Of a DNA stretch of 64,000 nucleotides, positions 9,876 to 20,328 are shown piece after piece. Source of the stretch: a virus. Within the stretch, counting starts at the first letter, position 1. Each line of letters starts with the position of its first letter. A program made the position numbers and the translations under genes. Under the pieces are notes generated by a model, which saw nothing but the letters and a program-made list of their open reading frames with translations, made no database searches and was not told where the DNA came from. The stretch lies in IMG/VR virus record IMGVR_UViG_3300025121_000776, positions 96,001 to 160,000 of that record, one strand, 5' to 3'.

Positions 9876-10253
9876 ATGAAAAAATTTAAAGAAAAAATTA
9901 AGGAAATAAAAAAAATGTTTCCAAATACAGATGCAATATGGTTTAAAAAACCTTTGGACGTTTCCAAATATGTTGGATACGATTGTGCAGATATGACAGT
10001 TGGATTGGACTTAAAAAACAATAAAATAATTTGCACAGATGGTGATTGGATGTCCTGTCAAACATCATATAGTTTTGATAACATCACCAAATATGGACTA
10101 AAAGATTATTATAAAAAACTGTTATTCATGAGTAAAGATGATTTTGTCATAAAAAACATTTGGACAAGAGAATATTCTGAGAATTATTATGAAAAAATAA
10201 TTAAGAGTGGTAAAAATTATGATGAAGTATTTTTTCAATGTGCATTTATTTAA
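9876..10253 (+). CDS. Hypothetical protein
   Basis: 125-aa ORF. Confidence 0.6.
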   Translation: MKKFKEKIKEIKKMFPNTDAIWFKKPLDVSKYVGYDCADMTVGLDLKNNKIICTDGDWMSCQTSYSFDNITKYGLKDYYKKLLFMSKDDFVIKNIWTREYSENYYEKIIKSGKNYDEVFFQCAFI

Positions 10254-10399
10254 TTACGCCTAACGGTACGCAGCTAAACGCTGCTGGCACGGATTATTAA
10301 ATATAAATAATTAATTTAAAAATATTAAAACTGATTCACCTCCAAGCTAAAGAAAAAGTGGAGCTTTCTCAAACAAAAAAAATCGTAAATAATTAAGAC

Positions 10400-10729
10400 A
10401 TGAGCTGGATACAAAAACTTTTTAGTAGTAAGAATCAACAAAAAAAAGAAATAATAATAAGTGTTAAATATGAATATATTAAACCTGTTACTACTAAAAC
10501 AACAAGTAGTTATATATCACAAAGTAAAAACGAAGACGATTGCGAAAATTCATTGCTAAATATATGCAATCCGATTAATCAAATGAACATAGATAATAGC
10601 ATTATTGATAACACATTATTATCAACTGATAATGATTCACATGATAGTCAAAGTGATTATTCAAGCGATAATGATAGTGGTAGTGGAAGTTCGGATAGTG
10701 GTAGTGGAAGTTCGGATAGTGGTAGCTGA
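10400..10729 (+). CDS. Hypothetical protein with Ser/Asp/Gly low-complexity tail
   Basis: C-terminal DSGSGSS repeats. Confidence 0.6.
   Translation: MSWIQKLFSSKNQQKKEIIISVKYEYIKPVTTKTTSSYISQSKNEDDCENSLLNICNPINQMNIDNSIIDNTLLSTDNDSHDSQSDYSSDNDSGSGSSDSGSGSSDSGS
10673..10726 (+). repeat. 21-bp tandem repeat x2.5 (coding)
   Basis: GATAGTGGTAGTGGAAGTTCG twice plus a partial copy. Confidence 0.9.
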
Positions 10730-10917
10730 TAAAGTGTAATAACGTTATAATTATGAAGAAAGGGTTATTGGATTTCTAAAAAATTTTATACTCTCAATAA
10801 AACAAGGGAAAATTGTCGAATTATTAGCAAAGATATAATCCCATTTTAGTAACTTTTTAAAAAAAAGTTCGTATAAAATAGTAAGAATAAATAATTTTTT
10901 AAAACAAAAATAACATC

Positions 10918-11739
10918 ATGAAAGCATTAGATTATTCAAAAGTTGAAGCTCATATTACTGAATGGTTAAATGAGCAAGCAAAAAAAGCAAAAGTAGAAGG
11001 GTTCATTATTGGAATATCTGGCGGAGTTGATTCTGCAGTTGTTTCCACTTTGGCTGCGAAAACTGGATTGCCATTATATACCATACAAATGCCTATTCGC
11101 CAAAGGTCAGATGAAGTTAATAGAGCTACTTCACACATTATTTGGTTAATGGAAAATTTTCCAAATGTTTCTACGCTTGAAACAAATTTAACATCTACAT
11201 TCGAGTCATTTCTTGGAAATGTTGAAAAAGTTGAAGATGAAGAAATGCAACATTTAGCTGAAGCAAATACCAGGTCAAGACTTAGAATGGTTAATTTATA
11301 TTATTATTCATGCATTAAACACTGTTTAGTACTTGGAACTGGAAACAAAGTAGAAGATTTTGGAGTTGGATTTTGTACAAAGGGAGGTGACTCTCAAGTA
11401 GATATATCACCTATTGGAGATTTGATGAAATCAGAAGTTCGTGCACTTGGAAAACACATGGGAATTAACTTGGAAATTGTAAATGCAATTCCATCTGATG
11501 GTTTATGGGATGACAATAGAGGTGATGAGTATCAATTAAAAGCAACTTATGATGAATTGGAGTGGGCAATGGAATATATTGAAAATAATTCAAGACATTT
11601 TGCATATTCCCCAGAAGATTTAAACTTATTATCTGAAAGACAACAAGCAGTCTTGTTAATTTATAAGACAAGACATTTTGCAAATGCACATAAAATGGAA
11701 ATGCCCCCTATATGTAATTTAAGCGAGTTTAGGAAATAA
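10918..11739 (+). CDS. nadE: NH3-dependent NAD+ synthetase
   Basis: ISGGVDSAV, NTRSRLRM, GTGNKVE, TKGGD, PIGDLMKSEV. Confidence 0.93.
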   Translation: MKALDYSKVEAHITEWLNEQAKKAKVEGFIIGISGGVDSAVVSTLAAKTGLPLYTIQMPIRQRSDEVNRATSHIIWLMENFPNVSTLETNLTSTFESFLGNVEKVEDEEMQHLAEANTRSRLRMVNLYYYSCIKHCLVLGTGNKVEDFGVGFCTKGGDSQVDISPIGDLMKSEVRALGKHMGINLEIVNAIPSDGLWDDNRGDEYQLKATYDELEWAMEYIENNSRHFAYSPEDLNLLSERQQAVLLIYKTRHFANAHKMEMPPICNLSEFRK

Positions 11740-12648
11740 TTCTTTAATTTTTATTTCTATTTTATCACTGTACTTAATTCTTATTAACCGAATATTGTTT
11801 TTTATACAATACTCGGTTTTTATTTTATCGTTTTTTATTCTCTCATTAAACCTTTTTACACCGCCAAAAAATTCTACAGATTTAAAATGCTGTATACCAT
11901 CATATTCTATACATACATTAAACTCTTTTAAATAAAAGTCAAAAGGTAACAGATTGACTGATTTGCAACAATCAAAAGTTTTTTGTTCGTAGAATTTAAT
12001 ATCAAGTTCATTTAATAACTTTCTTATTATTATTTCACCTTTTGAACTGCTGCATTTCTTACATCCCTTGCCATGTAAATGATTATCTGGAGTTTGCTCG
12101 AACATCCCATGTTTTGGACATGTTATTTTTACTTTTTTATTATTGTGTTCATACATACACAAGTCGTAGTTAAAATAATTGTCATGTATCAAGCTTGCTC
12201 TTTGTATAAAATTTTCATTTGTTAAAGTAAGATTTTTTTTTGTATTTTCTATTTGGCATTTTTTACACCCCTTTCCATGTAAATGATTATCTGGGGACTG
12301 TTCAAATTCTCCGTGTTTTGGACATACAATTTTCAATTTATTATGTGCTCTAATATATTTAGATGGTAAGTAATTATATTTATTATTATGAATTATATTT
12401 GCCTGTATTATAAAGTCTTCTGTGTTTTTTCTTAGCGAAAACCCCTTTTTCTCATCTGAGCATTTTTTACATCCAACTCCACTATAATGAGAATATGCAA
12501 GTTGCTCAAAAATTCCATGCTTTGGGCAGATTATAATTACTTTATTATCCGCTGTTTTATAATCTACTAAAGAATAATTATATTTTTCTCCATGTTTTTC
12601 TTTTGATTTTTGAATAAATATTTCTGTGTTAAATTTTGTAGTTTTCAT
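11719..12648 (-). CDS. Putative homing endonuclease: three Zn-binding CPKHG...GCKKC repeats + C-terminal PD-(D/E)xK/Vsr-like domain
   Basis: Repeated IICPKHGxFEQxxxxHxxGxGCKKC; LPFDFYL...CIEYDGIQH. Confidence 0.8.
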   Translation of the reverse strand: MKTTKFNTEIFIQKSKEKHGEKYNYSLVDYKTADNKVIIICPKHGIFEQLAYSHYSGVGCKKCSDEKKGFSLRKNTEDFIIQANIIHNNKYNYLPSKYIRAHNKLKIVCPKHGEFEQSPDNHLHGKGCKKCQIENTKKNLTLTNENFIQRASLIHDNYFNYDLCMYEHNNKKVKITCPKHGMFEQTPDNHLHGKGCKKCSSSKGEIIIRKLLNELDIKFYEQKTFDCCKSVNLLPFDFYLKEFNVCIEYDGIQHFKSVEFFGGVKRFNERIKNDKIKTEYCIKNNIRLIRIKYSDKIEIKIKELFPKLA

Positions 12649-12730
12649 TTTTAATTATATATTTGTAATTATAAATATGCAGAAATAAAAGATGAAGACC
12701 AAATTGGTGCATTTTTAAAAATAAAAAACA

Positions 12731-13117
12731 ATGATTGTAGCAATAATAGGAAGTCGTAGTTTTGAAAATTACGAACTCCTTAAATTTAAACTTCTTCCAT
12801 ATAAAGCCAGCATTACCAAAATAGTGTCGGGAGGTGCACTTGGTGCCGACAAACTTGGAGAAATATTTGCAAAAGAATTTAATATTCCAACTGAAATTTT
12901 CGAAGCTGAGTGGGAAAATTTTGCAGAGCCATGTAAAATAAAAAAGAACTCTTACGGTAAAGAATACAATGCATTGGCAGGATTCAATCGCAACACAAAA
13001 ATAATAGAGAAAGCAAATCTTGTAGCCGTATTCTGGGACGGGAAATCTCCAGGAACAAGAGATTCAATGAAGAAGGCTCACCAAATGAAAAAGGATATTT
13101 TAATTATCTATTTTTAA
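12731..13117 (+). CDS. Stand-alone SLOG-superfamily (YspA/DUF2493-like) protein
   Basis: AIIGSRSF, IVSGGALGADKLG, RNTKII, FWDGKSPGT. Confidence 0.8.
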   Translation: MIVAIIGSRSFENYELLKFKLLPYKASITKIVSGGALGADKLGEIFAKEFNIPTEIFEAEWENFAEPCKIKKNSYGKEYNALAGFNRNTKIIEKANLVAVFWDGKSPGTRDSMKKAHQMKKDILIIYF

Positions 13118-13579
13118 CCAGGTCAGATAAGATAATTCGTTTTCTTTGATTTCTTCAGTTAATTTCCATTTACTTTCATCAAAAGCAAAGACCACATCTC
13201 CATCATAATCTCTGTGAATAATAGTTTGATATATTTTATCTATCAAGTTGTTCTTTAAAAAATAATCATAAATACTAGCGCCCCCAATTACAAAAATATT
13301 GTATTGCGGCAATCTTCTTTTTGCAAAAGCAAGAGCATCTTCTATACTTTTAAAAGGAAATATTCCTTTAGCAAAAAAACCATGTTTCGAAATTACAAAG
13401 TTATAGCGGTTAATTAATGGTTTTCCAATAGAGTCGAATGTCTTTCTGCCCATTATAACGATTGAGCCTTCTGTGATTTTTCTAAATCGTTTTAGGTCTT
13501 CGGGGAAATGCCAAGGGATGGAACCTAGTTTTCCAATTGTTTCGTTTTCGGCATTTGCAACAATTAAGTTAATAGACAT
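13100..13579 (-). CDS. folA: Dihydrofolate reductase
   Basis: IGKLGSIPWHFPEDLKRF, VIMGRKTFDSIGKPLINR, VIGGASIY. Confidence 0.95.
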   Translation of the reverse strand: MSINLIVANAENETIGKLGSIPWHFPEDLKRFRKITEGSIVIMGRKTFDSIGKPLINRYNFVISKHGFFAKGIFPFKSIEDALAFAKRRLPQYNIFVIGGASIYDYFLKNNLIDKIYQTIIHRDYDGDVVFAFDESKWKLTEEIKENELSYLTWLKIDN

Positions 13580-14121
13580 TTTTCTTTTAAAGCTTTTGAA
13601 ATTTCTTCACTTACAACTTCTATAGATTTACTAGATGTGTTAAAAGATAACCCAATTGCTTTGTAATAATCTGTTACTTTTTTTAATTCAGAATTATATA
13701 TATTGGTTAAAAGTTTAAATTTTTCTTTATCTCCGCCATTTTTCTTCACTCTATCTACTATCGTGGTTAGTTCTGTTTCTAACAAAATTGCAATAGGTCT
13801 ATTAGTCTTTCTGGAAAATAAAAATGTTTCCAGTGCTTTGGCTTGAGTAAGAGTTTTTGGAAATTGATTAAAAACAATTCCCTCTTCTTTTAAGTTGATT
13901 ATAACATCTTTGATAAGCATAATCAAATATTCGTCTGGCATTTTTTCTGTAGATTTAGAATATTTTTCCGCAATCAAACCAATTTTTGTTTTATTTTTAA
14001 TTTCTTCTGCAATCAAATCATCGGCAGAAAGATATTCATAACTCAATTTTTTTGCTAACAATTTAGCGTGTGTATCCTTGCCAGAGCAAGGAGTTCCTAA
14101 AACTACTATAATTTTTTTCAT
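13564..14121 (-). CDS. adk: Adenylate kinase-like NMP kinase (divergent)
   Basis: LGTPCSGKDTHA P-loop, LSADDLI, PDEYLI, NQFPKTLTQA. Confidence 0.7.
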   Translation of the reverse strand: MKKIIVVLGTPCSGKDTHAKLLAKKLSYEYLSADDLIAEEIKNKTKIGLIAEKYSKSTEKMPDEYLIMLIKDVIINLKEEGIVFNQFPKTLTQAKALETFLFSRKTNRPIAILLETELTTIVDRVKKNGGDKEKFKLLTNIYNSELKKVTDYYKAIGLSFNTSSKSIEVVSEEISKALKEKCLLT

Positions 14122-14363
14122 ATAACTCTTTTAAATTTTTCAAGTTCTTTATCACCGTTTTTTTCTATTGTAAGTAAGAAATTTTTCTTCTTACGACAGC
14201 AATCACAGTTTACATAAATATCTTCTTTTTTAAATCCTATGGCTAACAAGTGTTTTTTTACGACTTCTTCTATCTCAATTGCGTTTGCAATACTTACTTT
14301 TCCATCTCCAAAATTAGAAAGCATGTAGCACACTTGGTCTACAACTTTTTCTGTTAAATCCAT
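14118..14363 (-). CDS. Hypothetical protein
   Basis: 81-aa ORF coupled to the adk-like gene. Confidence 0.55.
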   Translation of the reverse strand: MDLTEKVVDQVCYMLSNFGDGKVSIANAIEIEEVVKKHLLAIGFKKEDIYVNCDCCRKKKNFLLTIEKNGDKELEKFKRVI

Positions 14364-14476
14364 TTTTCATATTTATTACAAAGGTAATGAAAAATTTTTA
14401 CATTGTAAAACTATTTTGTTAACTTTTTTTAAAAAATTTGGATATATTTTAAACTATTTATTGCAAAATATATGCA

Positions 14477-14917
14477 ATGAAAAACAATAATGAAAAAACG
14501 TTCTTAGGTGGAACATGTAATAATTCCACTTGGAGAGAAAGGTTAATTAAAGACCTTAAAGTACCTTATTTCAATCCCGTAGTCGAAGATTGGACAGAGG
14601 AAGACCAAAAAAGAGAAGATGAACAAAGAAAAAGTGCTAAATTTGTACTTTTCGTTATTACTCCATTAATGAAAGGTGTTTTTTCAATAGCTGAGGTTGT
14701 AGATTGCTCGAACAAAAGGCCAGAATCTACAATATTTTGTGTTCTTAAAAAAGATGATAAAAAAGAATTTGATAAATCCGAAATGAAGTCTTTAGACCAA
14801 GTTAAAGAAATGGTTAAAAAAAATGGAGGAAAAGTATTTGACAATCTATCTGAAATAGCAGATTTTTTAAACAAACAGGAAGAAGGGAGCCGAATGAAAA
14901 CTCTTGCTGGAGTTTAA
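14477..14917 (+). CDS. Nucleoside 2-deoxyribosyltransferase-like protein
   Basis: FLGGTCNNSTWR...YFNPVVEDW...SIAEVVD. Confidence 0.7.
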   Translation: MKNNNEKTFLGGTCNNSTWRERLIKDLKVPYFNPVVEDWTEEDQKREDEQRKSAKFVLFVITPLMKGVFSIAEVVDCSNKRPESTIFCVLKKDDKKEFDKSEMKSLDQVKEMVKKNGGKVFDNLSEIADFLNKQEEGSRMKTLAGV

Positions 14918-14954
14918 TAACAATTTTTAAGACTATTTATTACAAATAAATTTT

Positions 14955-15602
14955 ATGAAAAATCAACTTAGAAAATTAATTCGAGAAAAAATTGAACTTG
15001 ATATTAATATCGGAGACGAAATTCTTGTTGGGAGATTTAAAAATAAAAAAGTTATAGTAAAAAGTATCAGCAAAGACGATAAAAACCAACCTACTATTAA
15101 TGGTAAAACAATTCTTAAATTTAGAATTAAAAAGCTAATAAAAGAAGAGCTTAACAAATTTTTTGAAGCATTAGACTTTCAAGCTGATGCAGCAGAACAA
15201 ATTGCCATGAACATGTCACTATTTAAATTGCCAAGAAAAGGAATGGACGACTCAATAAATAATTTTAATATAATTCAAACTCAAAAAGAAAAACTCGAAA
15301 CCCCAGAAGAAAAGGAAGAAGATTTAGATAATGGGTTTGAAGCACCTGCTTTTAATACGCCTAATGCTGCTACAAAAACAAATATATATGAAGCCGAAGG
15401 AGTTGTTGGAATGTACGGAGGGACCACAGCAATGCAAGTGGGTCTTGATAAAATTAATGTTCCTATGCCATCAACCTTTGGAAAAGAGGCTGAAGATGAA
15501 TTTGCACTTCATAATGATAACATAGAAAGAACGCTAAAAGAAAAGCCCGCTGGAAATGCAAGAGTAGGCACTTCAATAAATAATAAATCGAAAAACTTTT
15601 AA
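14955..15602 (+). CDS. Hypothetical late protein
   Basis: LRKLIREKIE and IKKLIKEEL motifs; CTATTTATT upstream. Confidence 0.7.
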   Translation: MKNQLRKLIREKIELDINIGDEILVGRFKNKKVIVKSISKDDKNQPTINGKTILKFRIKKLIKEELNKFFEALDFQADAAEQIAMNMSLFKLPRKGMDDSINNFNIIQTQKEKLETPEEKEEDLDNGFEAPAFNTPNAATKTNIYEAEGVVGMYGGTTAMQVGLDKINVPMPSTFGKEAEDEFALHNDNIERTLKEKPAGNARVGTSINNKSKNF

Positions 15603-15651
15603 TTGCTTTATAATTTTAAAAAAATAAACTATTTATAAAAAAAATGTAATT

Positions 15652-16110
15652 ATGAAAATAAGTAATAAAGGTGGCAAAGGAAAGTGGATTCACGTTAAAT
15701 TTAACGGAGTGTCTTATAAAAAATGGCTAGCAGGATATGATTCAATTGTTCTTGATGAAGTTACAGATGTAAGTCAATTAAACTTGAATGCCCATGAAGA
15801 ATCAATGATTCACGCAGAAGAATATACTGGAATAAACATTGACTCATCAGACCCTTTTTCATTCTTGATTTCAGCCGCTAATGGAGCAACTGGAGGTACA
15901 ACATCTTTAAGTGCAGCAACCGTTACAGTGACAGATGAAATGAATTTGTCATTCTCTGTTTACCCAGAATCAAATTACTATCTTTCTGCTTATACAGTTA
16001 ATGGAGTATCTAGAACTATTAGCACAGCATCGGCATCAACAGTATATACTATATCTAAAATTAAACAAGATAAAAACATATATGTGGCATTTGCGACATT
16101 CGGTTCTTAA
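15652..16110 (+). CDS. Putative virion/structural protein with beta-rich C-terminal repeat domain
   Basis: Thr/Ser-rich beta-strand pattern (FSVYPESNYYLSAYTVNG); late motif at 15629; followed by a terminator. Confidence 0.45.
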   Translation: MKISNKGGKGKWIHVKFNGVSYKKWLAGYDSIVLDEVTDVSQLNLNAHEESMIHAEEYTGINIDSSDPFSFLISAANGATGGTTSLSAATVTVTDEMNLSFSVYPESNYYLSAYTVNGVSRTISTASASTVYTISKIKQDKNIYVAFATFGS

Positions 16111-16121
16111 AAATATTTATT

Positions 16122-16160
16122 AAACAAAAATCCTCCAAGAAATTGGGGGATTTTTTGTTT
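16122..16160. terminator. Intrinsic terminator
   Basis: AAACAAAAATCCTCCAA-gaaa-TTGGGGGATTTTTTGTTT. Confidence 0.75.
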
Positions 16161-16181
16161 TAATCAAAAAAAGCATTACAT

Positions 16182-16742
16182 TTGCATAAATTATGTACCA
16201 TGACAAAGAAAGAAATTAAAGAAAAAATAGATGCAAGTGGCCTTATTTGGTTTTCTAAGGATAAGTTGTATGAAGTATTTAGAATTAATAAAGAAAACTC
16301 TTTATTGCCTTCAGCAAATGGAATTGCATTTCCAGACTTTTTTCCTCCAGTAGAACCCGATAAAAAACTTATTGCAAAGTATGGCAAATATTCTTGTGTT
16401 ATAAATTCTCATTTACTTGATAGACAAAATGCTTGGAAAAAACTCAACACAATAAAAAAGTTGCATGTTGAGAAAATGAAAGTGTTTGAAAAAATGGAAA
16501 TTTGTAAAGAGTTAGAATTACCTGGTTATGCAAAAAACATTGAAGACATTGAATTTAAATTACAAAAAGTTTGGGGATTTCCACAAGATATAAATTTCCA
16601 TCGTTGGTTTGACGTGCCAAAATGTATTTGCCCTAAAATGGATAACGAAGATTTCTCTGGCACCAAATTCAGAAGCTATAATTTAAAGTGCCCAGTCCAC
16701 AAACCTTTGAATTTAGAAGAAGAACTTAATAAACTTAGTTAA
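16182..16742 (+). CDS. Conserved-looking phage hypothetical protein (start probably 16200)
   Basis: WGFPQDINFHRW...CICPKMDNED Cys/His motif. Confidence 0.65.
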   Translation: MHKLCTMTKKEIKEKIDASGLIWFSKDKLYEVFRINKENSLLPSANGIAFPDFFPPVEPDKKLIAKYGKYSCVINSHLLDRQNAWKKLNTIKKLHVEKMKVFEKMEICKELELPGYAKNIEDIEFKLQKVWGFPQDINFHRWFDVPKCICPKMDNEDFSGTKFRSYNLKCPVHKPLNLEEELNKLS

Positions 16743-17249
16743 GCAGTAATTATTTTGTCAAAACCCTTTTTATAAATAAAATGATAAAAATTTTAGAAGA
16801 AGTAGCAAAGCAAAGGCTGGCGATTAATAATAAAAATTCCCCACATTCAATTATCATCAACTTTAATGAAGAAAGCTATTGATGATATAAATGAAATCAT
16901 TGGCGAGGACAAATTACAGCAAAATGAAATGAGTAATGAATTTACACATATAATGTTTGGAAAAAAATTTATAGTCAGCAACAGAGCGTATAGAGATGAT
17001 ACAAATAGCGAGGACGTAGAGGAAGCTCTCTATAAATTTGCTTGTAGAAACTTTAATTAGTAACAACAACACTCCAACCAATATATTTTTCATTATTATT
17101 CTTTTTTGCATCGAAAATTTACATCTTGTTGAATAAATTTTTGCTCCTCCATTTTTTTATGTGACCTTAATAGGTTAATAAAGGAGAATTAAAGTTTCTT
17201 TATTTTAAAACTTTTCTAAAAAAAAAACGTATAATAAAAAAACAAAAAA

Positions 17250-17717
17250 ATGGGAAAGTATAAAATAAAAATCAATTACAAGACTGGAAATAGTTTTGAA
17301 AGTCACAACGAATCAGATGTGCTAGAAATTGATTGGGATAATTTTGATGTTGCTAAAGAAAATTTAAAAGCAATAAAAGACCATTATATTAATGTTTATA
17401 AAGAAATAGAAGGTTCGTATTCTGCACAAAAAGACAATCAAAGTGTTTGCAAACAATATCAAAATGAATGGTGGTTTGTAAAAGTTTTAAAACCTTACTG
17501 TATTAGCAAAGATGATGCAATTTCAGAAAATCAAAAAGAAAAATATAAAAACGATTGGGAAAATAGATTTGATACGAGCATTGCCTCACGTTGCATGAAG
17601 CTAAAAACCGATGATGGTTCATTAATGCAAATGCAATGCTTTTGGTGTGGCTATTTTGAGACCTTGCATGGTGCAAAAATTGAAGTGGATGAATCTGATA
17701 CAGAATTTGAGTTGTAA
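17250..17717 (+). CDS. Hypothetical protein
   Basis: 155-aa ORF. Confidence 0.65.
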   Translation: MGKYKIKINYKTGNSFESHNESDVLEIDWDNFDVAKENLKAIKDHYINVYKEIEGSYSAQKDNQSVCKQYQNEWWFVKVLKPYCISKDDAISENQKEKYKNDWENRFDTSIASRCMKLKTDDGSLMQMQCFWCGYFETLHGAKIEVDESDTEFEL

Positions 17718-17769
17718 CAAGAGACTTTTATATGAAAAACGCAATAATTCGTATAATAACAAAATCTTT

Positions 17770-18867
17770 ATGAAAACTATTCTAATGGCTATCTCTGGCG
17801 GTATTTCCGCCTATAAAGCTGCTGATGTAATTAGTGGGCTTAAAAAAAATGGATTTGAGGTTCATGTTATTACAACAAAAAACGCTTTGAATTTTATTGC
17901 CCCCACAGTTATAGGTGCCGTCTCTGGCGGTCATTATGTAACTGATGAAGATGTAAATAAAATCAATCATATTAACGAAGCTCAAAATTGTGATGCATTC
18001 ATCTGCGTTCCAGCGACAGCAAATATCATTGCGAAATTTGCACATGGAATAGCAGATGATTTTGTTTCATCTACTTTCATAGCAATTCCAAGAGGGGTTC
18101 CGAAAATTATATGCCCAGCAATGAACACAGTAATGTTTGAAAGCGAAGCTTGTCTCATGAATTTAAAAACATTGCAAGAGAGGGGGTGTCATATTATTGA
18201 ACCTGTTAGCGGAGAACTTGCTTGCGGTGTTGTTGGAATTGGAAAGCTTCCAAAACCAAGAGATATCGTAAAAGAGGTTATTGAACTTTTTGACACAAGC
18301 AAGCCGTGGTTGTGGCCGCTTCACAAAATGACCCCAACAAAAACTACAGAAGATTCAAATTCATTTTTAAGAATAAGCTTGGAAAGAGAAGTTGAGATTC
18401 CTATAAAATATCACTTTGGTGCTTTTGGAGCCATGAGAAGATTTGACAGACATAGGGGAGTAGATTTATATGCTCCAGTTGGTACTCCTGTGTTTGCTGT
18501 ACAAAAGGGCATAGTTAGAGATATTCGTCCATGGACTGGAACAAATGCTGATTGTGATTGGTGGAATGACACCGATGCAATTTCTGTTGAAGGAGAAGAC
18601 GGACTCGTTGTTTATGGTGAATTGGAAGTAAATTCTGAACTAAAGATTGGAGATGAAGTTAAAGCTGGAGACTTATTGGGACTTGTTTTACGAGTTCTAA
18701 AAAAAGATAAAGGAAGACCAACTAGTATGCTTCATTTGGAACTAAGAAAACCAGGGTTTTACAGAAATATAGATAAAGAATGGAGTCAAGATTTACCAGA
18801 AGGTTTACTTGACCCAACTCCATTCCTTATAAGGGCAATGAAACAACATCATCAATTTAAAAAATAA
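17770..18867 (+). CDS. coaC: Phosphopantothenoylcysteine decarboxylase (HFCD flavoprotein) fused to an M23 peptidase-like domain
   Basis: ISGGISAYKA, PATANIIAK, PAMNTVM, LACGVVGIGKL; then HRGVDLYAPVGTPVFA...VKAGDLLG...MLHLE. Start moved to ATG 17770. Confidence 0.8.
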   Translation: MKTILMAISGGISAYKAADVISGLKKNGFEVHVITTKNALNFIAPTVIGAVSGGHYVTDEDVNKINHINEAQNCDAFICVPATANIIAKFAHGIADDFVSSTFIAIPRGVPKIICPAMNTVMFESEACLMNLKTLQERGCHIIEPVSGELACGVVGIGKLPKPRDIVKEVIELFDTSKPWLWPLHKMTPTKTTEDSNSFLRISLEREVEIPIKYHFGAFGAMRRFDRHRGVDLYAPVGTPVFAVQKGIVRDIRPWTGTNADCDWWNDTDAISVEGEDGLVVYGELEVNSELKIGDEVKAGDLLGLVLRVLKKDKGRPTSMLHLELRKPGFYRNIDKEWSQDLPEGLLDPTPFLIRAMKQHHQFKK

Positions 18868-18871
18868 GTAT

Positions 18872-19333
18872 ATGAATAATTTTTTTAAAGCGTTATTCGA
18901 GTTATTTAAAACTCTATACTCAGAGTCGATGGGATTTAGAGAACACCACCTATATCTTAAAAAAGAAATCAAAAACATAATTCAAACCATTAACAAAGAA
19001 AATGGATTTGATGAAGATGAAAATTCTTTGGCCAACAAAAAAAAGTTTTATGTTTTAATGGTTATTTCTTATGTTTTCACTATAATAAGAAATTGTTTAC
19101 TTGTTGTTATTATAGGATTAATTATGGTTTTAGTGCAGTATATAAGTGGAGGAAGCACAATGACAGAAAGAGGAATAGAAATAATTGGAGTTGATAAGTT
19201 TTTTATTCTTTGGTTGATTTTTAGTATTTTAACTATGGTTTTATACTATATTTTAAAAATATCAATTAACATAATTGTAGAATTAATCCGATTTGTAATT
19301 AAATACATATATTCAAATGGAAAACATCTATAA
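18872..19333 (+). CDS. Membrane protein
   Basis: Two to three hydrophobic segments. Confidence 0.6.
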   Translation: MNNFFKALFELFKTLYSESMGFREHHLYLKKEIKNIIQTINKENGFDEDENSLANKKKFYVLMVISYVFTIIRNCLLVVIIGLIMVLVQYISGGSTMTERGIEIIGVDKFFILWLIFSILTMVLYYILKISINIIVELIRFVIKYIYSNGKHL

Positions 19334-19592
19334 TGGCTCTATAATAACACAAGAGCAAAAAGAAAAGCGGGGATTTTTATATATCGAACAGCTTGTTTTT
19401 AATGAAGGAGGGAAAAACATTCCCCGAACTATATACGAAAGAATAGATAAAGATATTGTAGAAAGAATAGAAACCGATATAAAATGCTTTCACGGAATTC
19501 CAACAGACTCAAAACTAGTATTTAAAGATTATAAACATTTTAGCAAAGCATTAAAAGAATTAGGAACTAAATTAAAAAATTATACAAAATAA
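19317..19592 (+). CDS. Hypothetical protein
   Basis: 91-aa ORF in operon. Confidence 0.6.
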   Translation: MENIYNGSIITQEQKEKRGFLYIEQLVFNEGGKNIPRTIYERIDKDIVERIETDIKCFHGIPTDSKLVFKDYKHFSKALKELGTKLKNYTK

Positions 19593-20326
19593 TGGGCGGT
19601 ACAATTGGTGTTATAATCAGAGAAGAAGATGGTAAGATTCATAAAATGGCAAGATGGACAAATTCATTGCCAGGATTTACAGAAAGTATTCATTTTATTA
19701 ATAAAGAGCCAAATCATTTAAAAAATTATCTCAAAGTTTTTTATGAAATGGAATTGGATTATAAAAAAAACAAAAAAACCAAGAAGTTTAAGCATAATAT
19801 GACTGATGTGTATATTCCTTACAGCGGTCACATTGCTCCTCTTGATTATGGATTAGTGGTTATAGATTATCAAACAAATAATGTACTTCACTGTCAAGGA
19901 TATTCTTCTTTAAATGTTGTTTTATCAAGCGAAATTGAATATTTATATCGCCAAGACAAACATACACAGGAATCAGTTCAAGAATTAGTTGATGCGAGAA
20001 AAATAAAATGTTTATTGGTATTTGATAAAGATGAAAATGTTAAAGAGCTACAAGAAATTCCAGTAGAATATAAAACAATAAAAGATAAAACTGATGTTGA
20101 AAGATTAACTATTGTTTTAAATGAAAAAATTAACGAAGAAGACTACCACTTCAACAATGGTTATAAAATTGATATGTCGCCATGGACATTTACAAGATTT
20201 AAAGAAAGTAAAGAAGGTTTTATTGAGCTTAAAGAAGAAATAAAAAAACTTGGTCTCAAAATCACAAAAGAAGATGAAAAAATTTGGAAAGAGTATATTA
20301 ACTGTCGTTTTATAGAGGAGAAATAA
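19592..20326 (+). CDS. Hypothetical protein
   Basis: 244-aa ORF in operon. Confidence 0.65.
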   Translation: MGGTIGVIIREEDGKIHKMARWTNSLPGFTESIHFINKEPNHLKNYLKVFYEMELDYKKNKKTKKFKHNMTDVYIPYSGHIAPLDYGLVVIDYQTNNVLHCQGYSSLNVVLSSEIEYLYRQDKHTQESVQELVDARKIKCLLVFDKDENVKELQEIPVEYKTIKDKTDVERLTIVLNEKINEEDYHFNNGYKIDMSPWTFTRFKESKEGFIELKEEIKKLGLKITKEDEKIWKEYINCRFIEEK

Positions 20327-20328
20327 TT

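Noticed and set aside
5223-12648. Homing endonucleases as intron- or intein-encoded
   Set aside because: Flanking genes (speD-like, DUF3326-like, nadE, SLOG) are complete; both endonucleases are free-standing
16780-17060. Programmed frameshift joining the short 16780 ORF to 16866-17060
   Set aside because: No slippery heptamer or downstream structure recognised; a simple indel or two small genes explains it equally well
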